From contig CAZHVR010000003.1 in NCBI GenBank assembly GCA_964536225.1, positions 6,102 to 70,101 on the forward strand: DNA of 64,000 nt. The letters run 5' to 3'. The notes beneath the pieces were generated by a model. The model saw nothing but the letters and a program-made list of their open reading frames with translations, was not told the DNA's origin and did no database searches. Positions 41,605 through 49,266 of the stretch are shown here, piece after piece. The DNA is from an uncultured Pirellulales bacterium (GTDB lineage: Bacteria > Planctomycetota > Phycisphaerae > Sedimentisphaerales > Anaerobacaceae). Position 1 is the stretch's first letter, and each line of letters opens with the position of its first letter. The position numbers and the translations under genes are program-made.

Positions 41605-42762
41605 TCAATCCAACATCGACAGGGCTGTTCCTGCTACGGTGCCGCCGGCTTTTTTAACCACTAACGGCTGCACGATTGATAACAGCTCTGAATTGATTTT
41701 TGTCAGCCGGCCCCTGTACTCGAACAGGTCCCCAACTGCCTTTACGACCGGTTCAACTGAGCGAAAATACGGCATAAACTCCGGGACAAGTCGTCGGTTT
41801 GCCAGAATGTTTACCAGCGACAGATATTTTGTAGTGACCAGCCATCGGCCGAGTATGTGCCACATCACAGGACTGGTCTTGTACATAATCGCCATCGGAC
41901 AGCCGGCTGAAGCCACCTGAAGCGTGGCAGAACCGCTTGCGACAAGGGCAAAGTCGCACTCTCCGGCCGTCCGATATACCGAGTCAATCGCGTAAGAGGT
42001 CCTGAATTCCAACAGGCGAGTCGAATCCAGCGCTCCCCTGGTCGCCTCGTCCACGGCCACTGTTACAAACGTCAGGTGCGGGTATTTTTTCCGCAGGTTT
42101 ATCGCTGTCTGCTGCATCGGCCTCCAGAGCGCTCCCACCTCTGCGGCCCTCGAACCGGGTATGATTGCTATTTTCGCATTGGCGGGATTGAAGCCGCTGT
42201 AATCGCGCCTCGCTTTTGTCAAATCCGACTGTGTAAGCCCATCGAGTAAGGGATTGCCCACGAACTCGGCGGGCACACCTCGGCCGGCGAACCAGTCCTG
42301 CTCGAAAGGCAGGATGCAGCAAAGCTTGTCGCAGTATTTCCGCAGCTTGCCAATCCGCCAGGGCGCCCAGGCCCAAAGCTGCGGCGCGACGTAGAAGAGT
42401 GTCTTTATGCCTGAATTTTTGGCCTGCTTTGCGACGTGAAAATTAAAGGCGGGCGAATCACAAACGATAACGAGGTCGATTTTATTGTTCGCCAGAAATT
42501 GGGCTGTCCGTCTTATAAGCCCGTAAAAGTGAAATATATGCGCAAAGGCGTTATGCGTCATCACGGCCCGGCCGACGGTTTCCTGCGGCTTATTTATAAG
42601 CGTGCAGCCGGCCTCGGCCATCTTCGGACCGCCTATGCCCGTAAGCTCGACATCACGCCGCTTCTGACGAAGCGCCCGAATTAACCCGGCGCAATGGCTG
42701 TCTGCGCTGGGTTCGATAGCGCTTAAGAAAATAATCTTTTTTTGGTCATTGCCGGACATCAC
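41605..42762 (-). CDS. lpxB: Lipid-A-disaccharide synthase
   Basis: N-terminal IFLSAIEPSADSHCAGLIRAL. GT19-type layout. 385 aa. Confidence 0.92.
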   Translation of the reverse strand: MMSGNDQKKIIFLSAIEPSADSHCAGLIRALRQKRRDVELTGIGGPKMAEAGCTLINKPQETVGRAVMTHNAFAHIFHFYGLIRRTAQFLANNKIDLVIVCDSPAFNFHVAKQAKNSGIKTLFYVAPQLWAWAPWRIGKLRKYCDKLCCILPFEQDWFAGRGVPAEFVGNPLLDGLTQSDLTKARRDYSGFNPANAKIAIIPGSRAAEVGALWRPMQQTAINLRKKYPHLTFVTVAVDEATRGALDSTRLLEFRTSYAIDSVYRTAGECDFALVASGSATLQVASAGCPMAIMYKTSPVMWHILGRWLVTTKYLSLVNILANRRLVPEFMPYFRSVEPVVKAVGDLFEYRGRLTKINSELLSIVQPLVVKKAGGTVAGTALSMLD

Positions 42763-42765
42763 GAC

Positions 42766-43707
42766 TTATATTGCCTGCCCGCCGAATACGTCGAATTGTG
42801 CCCCGAACTGACGCAGATAGAAAAGCGAATACGCCCTTTTGAACGCGACAAGGGGCAGCAGAATCACCGTCCCTATGTATGGTATAAATAACAGCACGCT
42901 GATACAGCAACAGCAGCACCCAATCAGACAAACAGCCGCAGCGATTACGCCTATGACTATCGATATGACTATCTGAAAGAGTATGTAAAGGAGCATACGC
43001 GCCTTGTTGCAGCCGATAAGCGCCAGCAGCTCCCTCCAGCCGGCCAGGGCGCTCGATGTTTGCAGAAACATAATCGGAACCGCGAAATCAGTCGTAAATT
43101 TCGAAATCAGCAGGAACACAACGGCGACAAAAACAAAGGCAAAAATAGCCACAATCAGGCCCGACACCGCCGCCGCACCCGGTCCTGACGACGCTAATGA
43201 AACAATCGTGATTATCATCAGCACAACCGGCAGTCCCAGGGCCAATAAATTTATCAATCCTACAACAATGCGGAACAGGAAAAGTGAATTTCCGTGGCTG
43301 GAAAATGCCTTCCAGGGGACCACGACCTCGGCCTTGTTGCCTGCGACGCAGTGGACAAACATAAACCGGCCCCTGCTGCTTAGCCAGGTAAAGACCAGCC
43401 ACAATATGATTACTATGGGGATGATTATCGCAGCACCCAGAATTATCCAGGGCAGATGTGCCTGCAAGGCCTCTTTGGCCTTTGCCAGCTCTGATGCACA
43501 ACTATTAACTCGGTGGTGGTGGTTGTTAAATCCGAAGTTGAAATTCGGCCCGCCGCCGCCCTGCCCTAATTGTGCCAGCCAGGCGCAAAAGCCGATTACA
43601 AACCATTTCGACAGGTTAAAAGGCCGAAAAAGCAATAGGCGAACGTGCTCGATTGCCGGGCCGACAGGGTCTATTACACTTACGTGCTGCGGACGCAAAC
43701 TATCCAT
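42766..43707 (-). CDS. Hypothetical polytopic membrane protein with CCCCC run
   Basis: AGGAGG SD. About 6 hydrophobic helices. Gly/Asn/His-rich loop GQGGGGPNFNFGFNNHHHR. TM-embedded LIGCCCCCISVLLF. No family recognised. Confidence 0.7.
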   Translation of the reverse strand: MDSLRPQHVSVIDPVGPAIEHVRLLLFRPFNLSKWFVIGFCAWLAQLGQGGGGPNFNFGFNNHHHRVNSCASELAKAKEALQAHLPWIILGAAIIIPIVIILWLVFTWLSSRGRFMFVHCVAGNKAEVVVPWKAFSSHGNSLFLFRIVVGLINLLALGLPVVLMIITIVSLASSGPGAAAVSGLIVAIFAFVFVAVVFLLISKFTTDFAVPIMFLQTSSALAGWRELLALIGCNKARMLLYILFQIVISIVIGVIAAAVCLIGCCCCCISVLLFIPYIGTVILLPLVAFKRAYSLFYLRQFGAQFDVFGGQAI

Positions 43708-43739
43708 AAGTTCCTCCTGCGCATTCTCAACAAATGATA

Positions 43740-44078
43740 TTAACCTTCCTGTGCCGGCTCATCCGGCTCGCCTTGCGTCCGGTCTTCGGCCCGCTGCGGC
43801 AGACGCTGACCGGCGCTTTCCTGGACCTGCTGTTTTAGCCGGCGAAGCTCACTCAGCACGGGCCAGTCGCCCATCGCCAGGACGCACAGCATAATTATAT
43901 TGACTATCGGCACCAGCATCAGCAGTCCCAATGCCCAGCCATAGCCCGCCTTGGCGAAAATTTTGCAGTAAATCCAGATTATGGCTATGGTCAGAATAAT
44001 GCCGACCACTCCCCCCAGAACCGCTAGCACAAACACAACTACCGGCATCGCCTCACTGCTAATACCTGAAGAGTCCAT
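43740..44078 (-). CDS. Hypothetical small membrane protein (two TM helices)
   Basis: ATG at 44078 preceded by AAGGGGAAG. Two hydrophobic helices, then a charged tail. The tracked ORF extends to GTG 44093. Confidence 0.6.
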   Translation of the reverse strand: MDSSGISSEAMPVVVFVLAVLGGVVGIILTIAIIWIYCKIFAKAGYGWALGLLMLVPIVNIIMLCVLAMGDWPVLSELRRLKQQVQESAGQRLPQRAEDRTQGEPDEPAQEG

Positions 44079-44231
44079 ATCTTCCCCTTTCACCGAGTTT
44101 TGAATAAATTGCTGTCGGGCAGTTTACAATCCGGACTGTCGTTTGAAAAGAACAAAATTGCTAATCTGCGCAGCAGTTTGTCTGCGGAAAAACCGTGCAA
44201 TCCTCACCTCCATCGGCTAAAACTGTTATCT

Positions 44232-45653
44232 ATGAGTGACATTGAAATGCTGAAACCGCCGAAGGGCTTATTGATACTGGCAATGGTGGGGCCGTCGTTC
44301 GTCTGGTGCGCCGAATACATCGGCTCAGGCGAGCTTGTCCTTGCCACCCGTACAGGCGCAATCCTCGGCCCGGGCATCCTCTGGGCGGTCATCCTGGGCA
44401 TATTCCTGAAATACTGGATTGGGATGAGCGGCGGCCGGTACACGGTCTGCACGGGCGAGGCGATGATAGATATGTTCGACCGCATCCCGGGCCCTCGCCA
44501 CTGGGTCATCTGGGTCATACTGGTCGTTCAGGCGATTGCCGCCATCATCGCCATCGCGGCGCTGGCCAATGTCGCGGGCATGTTCTTCGCCTCTATTTTC
44601 GGCGCGAATACTCGCATAGCGCAAATTTTATGCGGCTGGGCGGTATCGCTTACCGCCGCCGCATTCGTCTGGTCCGGCACATTCAAAGTGCTAAAAATGG
44701 TAATGAGCGTGCTTGTTTCGATTATAGTCGTCGGAACAATTTACGTGGCCGTTCGCGTGTTTCCGGGTTTATCGGAATTTCTGCATTCCCTCATACCCAA
44801 TGTCCCTGCCGTCCCCGCCTGGGCGATTGAGAAAGGCGCCTCCGAAAACAGCTGGAAGGAAATTCTGCCCCTAATCGGCTGGGGCGCGGGCGGCTTCGCT
44901 TCGCAGGTCTGGTACACCTACTGGGTCCTCGGGGCCGGCTACGGCGCTACAAGGGGCAGGGGCGACGGCAGGCCCGCGGATACCGATATGCTAAAATCAA
45001 TGTCCACCGAAACCGCGCACAAGCTCAAGGGCTGGTGCCGAGTCCTTTACACCGACGCCACGATAGCCGTCCTGATTGGTATCTTTGCCACCGGAGCATT
45101 TCTTATCGCCGGGGCAGGCATACTGGGACCTCGCCGGCTTGCACCGGAAGGGGCCACCGTGGCGGTTACGCTTTCCGAAATCTTCTCCGCTAACTGGGGC
45201 AAAATTGGCGCGTTTCTGTTCCTGCTGGCAGGCGCCGCGGCTTTATTATCAACCCAGATAGGTCAACTCGCCGGCTGGCCGCGTCTATTGAGCGACTGCT
45301 GCCGAATCTGCCTGCCTTCGGTTGCCAAAAAATTCCCCTGGAAAACACAGTACAGGTTTTTCCTCGTGGTCTTTTTCCTCACCAGTATGGTCATCATTTA
45401 TACGCTGGGCTACAAGCCCGTATATCTCGTCAAGGCCGGCTCGGTCCTCGACGGCTTACTGCTCACGCCTTTACAGGCGGGCTGTGTTCTTCTTGCCCTT
45501 TTTTACATCCAGCCGAAGCTCCTTTCAGCCGAGGCCGCCCGTATTCTGAAACCCAACGTGATCTTCTTTGTCGGACTATGTGCCGCAGCTGTATTTATTG
45601 TTGTTGTCTGCCTTTGCTACTTTCGAGTCCCGGCCGTCCTGTTCGGCGGGTAA
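44232..45653 (+). CDS. Divergent Nramp-like/APC-superfamily metal or solute transporter
   Basis: About 11 TM helices. The N-terminal GPSFVWCAEYIGSGELV resembles the Nramp-family first-helix region but lacks the canonical DPGN. Start set at MSDIEM (44232) rather than the ORF start at 44100. Confidence 0.6.
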   Translation: MSDIEMLKPPKGLLILAMVGPSFVWCAEYIGSGELVLATRTGAILGPGILWAVILGIFLKYWIGMSGGRYTVCTGEAMIDMFDRIPGPRHWVIWVILVVQAIAAIIAIAALANVAGMFFASIFGANTRIAQILCGWAVSLTAAAFVWSGTFKVLKMVMSVLVSIIVVGTIYVAVRVFPGLSEFLHSLIPNVPAVPAWAIEKGASENSWKEILPLIGWGAGGFASQVWYTYWVLGAGYGATRGRGDGRPADTDMLKSMSTETAHKLKGWCRVLYTDATIAVLIGIFATGAFLIAGAGILGPRRLAPEGATVAVTLSEIFSANWGKIGAFLFLLAGAAALLSTQIGQLAGWPRLLSDCCRICLPSVAKKFPWKTQYRFFLVVFFLTSMVIIYTLGYKPVYLVKAGSVLDGLLLTPLQAGCVLLALFYIQPKLLSAEAARILKPNVIFFVGLCAAAVFIVVVCLCYFRVPAVLFGG

Positions 45654-45833
45654 TCCGCAAACGGATTGAACATCGTTTTTTGCCCCAATCAAATCGAAAT
45701 GGCTTATAATTTGATGTGTTATCAACCGTGCCCGTGACGCCGCTGCAATAAAGTATCACAGCAAATTTGCGAGATTAACTTTTCCGCAAGAAACAGATTT
45801 GTCGCAAAAGCACTAAAATTTTTCTCTGCGTGC

Positions 45834-46448
45834 TCAGCGTTGAGGAAGTATTCGTTTGAGCAGCTCCATAGGCAGACCCATAACGTTTGTCAGAGAGCCG
45901 TCGATATGGTCAACGAACGGGTCGCGTTCGCGAATCGCATAAGCCCCGGCCTTGCCCTGCCAGATACCGCTTGCGATATGTCCGGCGATTTGGGAATCGG
46001 TAAGCTTTTTTGGGAAAACTGTCGTTGTGTCGGCCTCGACAATTTCAACCCGACGGCCCTGCCCTGAGCTATGTCGAAGGGTTTTGAAGACAACGGCAAC
46101 GCCGGTAATGACCCTGTGAGGCCTGCTGAAAAGCATCCGTATAATCCTTTCAGCGTCTTCGGCGTCGGCGGGCTTGCCGATAATCCGGCCCTGGTAATCG
46201 ACGACGGTATCGGCCCCGATAACGAGATAATCAGGCAGCTTTGCCGCGACGTCCTTTGCCTTTGCAAGGGCCAGCTTCTTGGCGTACTCGACGGGTGCGA
46301 CGCCTTCACTGGCGAAAACGCTCTCGTCAACGGTCGAAGGGACAACCTCGAACTCATAGCCGGCTGCCGCGAGAAGCTGCTTGCGCCTTGGTGAGGCAGA
46401 TGCGAGGATTAAGGGGAGTTTATTATTTGCGATTTTCAATTTTTTCAC
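45834..46448 (-). CDS. maf: Maf-like nucleoside-triphosphate pyrophosphatase
   Basis: LILASASPRRKQLL, GADTVV and KAGAYAI motifs. Confidence 0.92.
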   Translation of the reverse strand: MKKLKIANNKLPLILASASPRRKQLLAAAGYEFEVVPSTVDESVFASEGVAPVEYAKKLALAKAKDVAAKLPDYLVIGADTVVDYQGRIIGKPADAEDAERIIRMLFSRPHRVITGVAVVFKTLRHSSGQGRRVEIVEADTTTVFPKKLTDSQIAGHIASGIWQGKAGAYAIRERDPFVDHIDGSLTNVMGLPMELLKRILPQR

Positions 46449-47482
46449 TTGAGCCGGACGTTATAGACGATTTTCCGGCAGAAGTTCAGGTACTCTTTTT
46501 CTATTGTCGCATAATCGCCGCCGATGTATTTTTCGAAAAGCATCGAGCCGACCATTCTGTTCCAGCCGACGGTCATCGGGATGTTCCTGTCGGCTGCGAT
46601 TCTCTGGCCGGTTTCGTCTAACGGCCACCGGCCGTTCAGGCCGTCAAGCAGAAGCTTCTGGTAATTAGCCAGGCGCCTGCCGTAATCATCTTCACGCAGA
46701 AACCGCACAAGCGCGTATGCCTCGCTGTAGAACGCCGCCACCGCCTGGTCGCTTTCAATGACGACTTCGCCCGGGTTTATGCTGACAAGCTCCTGCAGCG
46801 GTATGGTCTCGTTTTTGAGCAGGGTTTTCTTCAGCGATGCGAGGCGGTAGCCGTTGCGTTCCGGCTGGAAAGTGAAAAGTCCCCCGTCGTATTTGCTAAT
46901 CTCGAATTGCATCGCGATGCCCTCGTCGAGCCAGCTCGGCAGCCGATACCTGAACAGGCGAGAATTGAACTGGTGCCAGCCCTCGTGGCCTATAGTCGCA
47001 AAGGTGCGCTCCCGGCCGATGTTGTATGCGACACACGCGCCATTCGTGTAATAAGCGCCGGCTTTGATTTTGAGATAGAGGGGGGCCTGGGGGCCGACGA
47101 AATCCTTAGTGAAGCTTTCCCACTGCTGCCGGTTGGCGAAGATGTAAAGCGTGAAAGGGGCGGTGGTCTCGATGGACCTGGGAAGCTGGCCCTGGTAGCC
47201 GCGATACGCCGATTCCACGAAGCCGGGGACCTGCGACAACATAAGCGGTTCGAGAAGGGTTGTGTAAATCTCGTAGTGGGCGGTGGTCATTTTGAGACCC
47301 GGGCCGAACTGATTTTGCCACGGCTCGACCGATTCCAGCGGCGGCAGGTTCTGGGCGCGAAGCCAGATAATCATACCGTCGGGGGTGTTAATCGGCGGTG
47401 CGGCCGTCTGGGCAGACGGGGTCGATGCGCAGCCGATAAGGCAAAAACCGCAGATTACACAGATTACGCTGATTTTGCTCAT
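46445..47482 (-). CDS. Putative zinc-metallopeptidase lipoprotein (HExxH; DUF1570-like)
   Basis: Lipobox CLIGC. HExxH motif in ATIGHEGWHQF. 4-nt overlaps with both neighbours. Confidence 0.7.
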   Translation of the reverse strand: MSKISVICVICGFCLIGCASTPSAQTAAPPINTPDGMIIWLRAQNLPPLESVEPWQNQFGPGLKMTTAHYEIYTTLLEPLMLSQVPGFVESAYRGYQGQLPRSIETTAPFTLYIFANRQQWESFTKDFVGPQAPLYLKIKAGAYYTNGACVAYNIGRERTFATIGHEGWHQFNSRLFRYRLPSWLDEGIAMQFEISKYDGGLFTFQPERNGYRLASLKKTLLKNETIPLQELVSINPGEVVIESDQAVAAFYSEAYALVRFLREDDYGRRLANYQKLLLDGLNGRWPLDETGQRIAADRNIPMTVGWNRMVGSMLFEKYIGGDYATIEKEYLNFCRKIVYNVRLK

Positions 47483-48069
47483 ATATCTTTATACGCAGAA
47501 CCGAAGACCTCGGCTGTAAAAAGAAATACTTCGGTTTTCGGGTCTTTCCAAGCGTCCGGCGAAAGCCCCGCCTTGTGCGAACAACAATACGACAAAAATT
47601 CCTCCTTCGACCAGCCCGTCTCCTCGGCGACTTGGGGAAGGAAACAGCCGGAGGTGAAGCCGCGTTTGATGTAGATGCCGTCGATGCCGAGGCGAAGGGA
47701 GAGGGGGTCAGAGGTTTTTTTCAGGGGCGAGAGGACGGAGATTTCGATGTGGAGGTCGGCCAATTCGTCAGGGGTGATAGGGTCGGAAAAGAACCGGGGG
47801 TCGGAGGTTGCGGAGGCCTTAGCCATTTCGAGGACCATATCAACCAGCGGCCTGTCGGCTATGAATTGACCGATACAGCCGCGAAGCTGCTCGCCGCCGC
47901 CGCCGGCTGAACGGGCAAGGTTCTTTATTGTGACAAAACAGCCGCAATGGGCGGCGAGGTCGGGGTCATCCGTTTCTACTTTTGGCAGCGGCCTGTGCTT
48001 TATTACGGCCTCGATGGTATCCTTGGCGATTTTCAATAATGCGTGTTTTTGGGATTCGTTCATAACCAC
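47479..48069 (-). CDS. AMMECR1-domain protein (AmmeMemoRadiSam system protein A-like)
   Basis: GCFVTIK...LRGCIGQF...ASATSDPRF...IEISVLSPL is the AMMECR1 signature. Confidence 0.88.
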   Translation of the reverse strand: MVMNESQKHALLKIAKDTIEAVIKHRPLPKVETDDPDLAAHCGCFVTIKNLARSAGGGGEQLRGCIGQFIADRPLVDMVLEMAKASATSDPRFFSDPITPDELADLHIEISVLSPLKKTSDPLSLRLGIDGIYIKRGFTSGCFLPQVAEETGWSKEEFLSYCCSHKAGLSPDAWKDPKTEVFLFTAEVFGSAYKDI

Positions 48070-48164
48070 CCGTCTTTTAACTTACATTTACAGACAAATC
48101 ATACCGCTAATACGATACTCTGACAACAACGAAGAACAAAGGCGGAAGTTTTTTACTCATTGAC

Positions 48165-49232
48165 TCATTTACTCATCAACCGCTTCACCTTTTGCTCGTT
48201 CGGCTTTTCGATTACTCCTTTTTCGGTGATTATCGCGGTTATATTTTTCGCAGGCGTAACGTCGAACGCAGGATTGTAAACATCAACTCCTTTGGGTGTT
48301 ACCGTTCTGCCTGCCAACTGCCGGACCTCGTCGGCCGGCCGCTGTTCGATGGGAATATCTTTGCCCGTTTTTGTTTTCAAATCGAATGTGCTCGACGGCG
48401 CGGCGATATAAAACGGTATATGATGCGCCTTGGTGAGCACGCTGAGAGAATATGTCCCGATTTTATTTGCGGCGTCGCCGTTTGCGGCGATTCTGTCGGC
48501 CCCGACGATGACCATATCTATTTTGCCCTCGCTCATCAAGGCCCCTGCCATATCGTCGCAAATCACGGTAACGTCAATTCCCGCCTGTTTCAATTCCCAA
48601 GCCGTAAGTCGCGCCCCCTGCAATAACGGCCTTGATTCGTCGGCGTAAACTTTGAAGCGCTTGCCTTGTTTTTTGGCTTCGTAAAGAACTGATAACGCTG
48701 TTCCCTGTCCGGCCGTGGCAAGAGCACCCGCGTTGCAGTGCGTCAAAACCGAGAATCCTTTTTTAACGAATCTTGCGCCGTTTCTGCCGATTTTGGCGCA
48801 CATTTGCACGTCTTGTCTGAAAATTGCCTCAGCTTCTGCCAATACGACCTCCCGCAACTGCGTGGCCTTTGCGGCCGGATTGCGTTTGACAAAGTCCTTT
48901 GCCTTTTTTTCTACCCTGTTCAGCGCCCATTTCAGATTCACCGCCGTCGGCCGCGACCTCTCTAAGTATCTACAGCCCAGCTTAAAGACCGCCATTACCT
49001 CCCTCGGCAGGGCCTTGGCCGATACGCCTTTCAAAGCGATTACCGTCCCGAACGCCGCCGCCACTCCTATCGCGGGCGCGCCGCGGACCGCCAACGTCTT
49101 TATCGCGTTATACAACTGCTTTACGTTTATACAGCGTATGATTTTATATTCACCGGGAAGCCGTCTCTGGTCGATGATTTCGAGGCAACCGTCAATTCCG
49201 CCGACCCACTGAAGTGTTTTTACCATTTTCAT
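48165..49232 (-). CDS. mtnA: S-methyl-5-thioribose-1-phosphate isomerase
   Basis: eIF-2B alpha/beta/delta-like family: LEIIDQRRLP, VRGAPAIGVAAAFG, THCNAGALAT, VGADRIAANGD. Start set at MKMVKT (49232). The basic 51-aa extension of the tracked ORF overlaps the uvrA 3' end. Confidence 0.9.
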   Translation of the reverse strand: MKMVKTLQWVGGIDGCLEIIDQRRLPGEYKIIRCINVKQLYNAIKTLAVRGAPAIGVAAAFGTVIALKGVSAKALPREVMAVFKLGCRYLERSRPTAVNLKWALNRVEKKAKDFVKRNPAAKATQLREVVLAEAEAIFRQDVQMCAKIGRNGARFVKKGFSVLTHCNAGALATAGQGTALSVLYEAKKQGKRFKVYADESRPLLQGARLTAWELKQAGIDVTVICDDMAGALMSEGKIDMVIVGADRIAANGDAANKIGTYSLSVLTKAHHIPFYIAAPSSTFDLKTKTGKDIPIEQRPADEVRQLAGRTVTPKGVDVYNPAFDVTPAKNITAIITEKGVIEKPNEQKVKRLMSK

Positions 49233-49266
49233 CTCGCCTGCCCTACACAAATACAAAATTTCAAAG

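Noticed and set aside
43004-43894. 296-aa ORF on the plus strand
   Set aside because: It spans two minus-strand membrane-protein genes that have good SDs and TM helices. Its sequence is Ser/Thr/Ala/Pro/Arg-rich and low-complexity.
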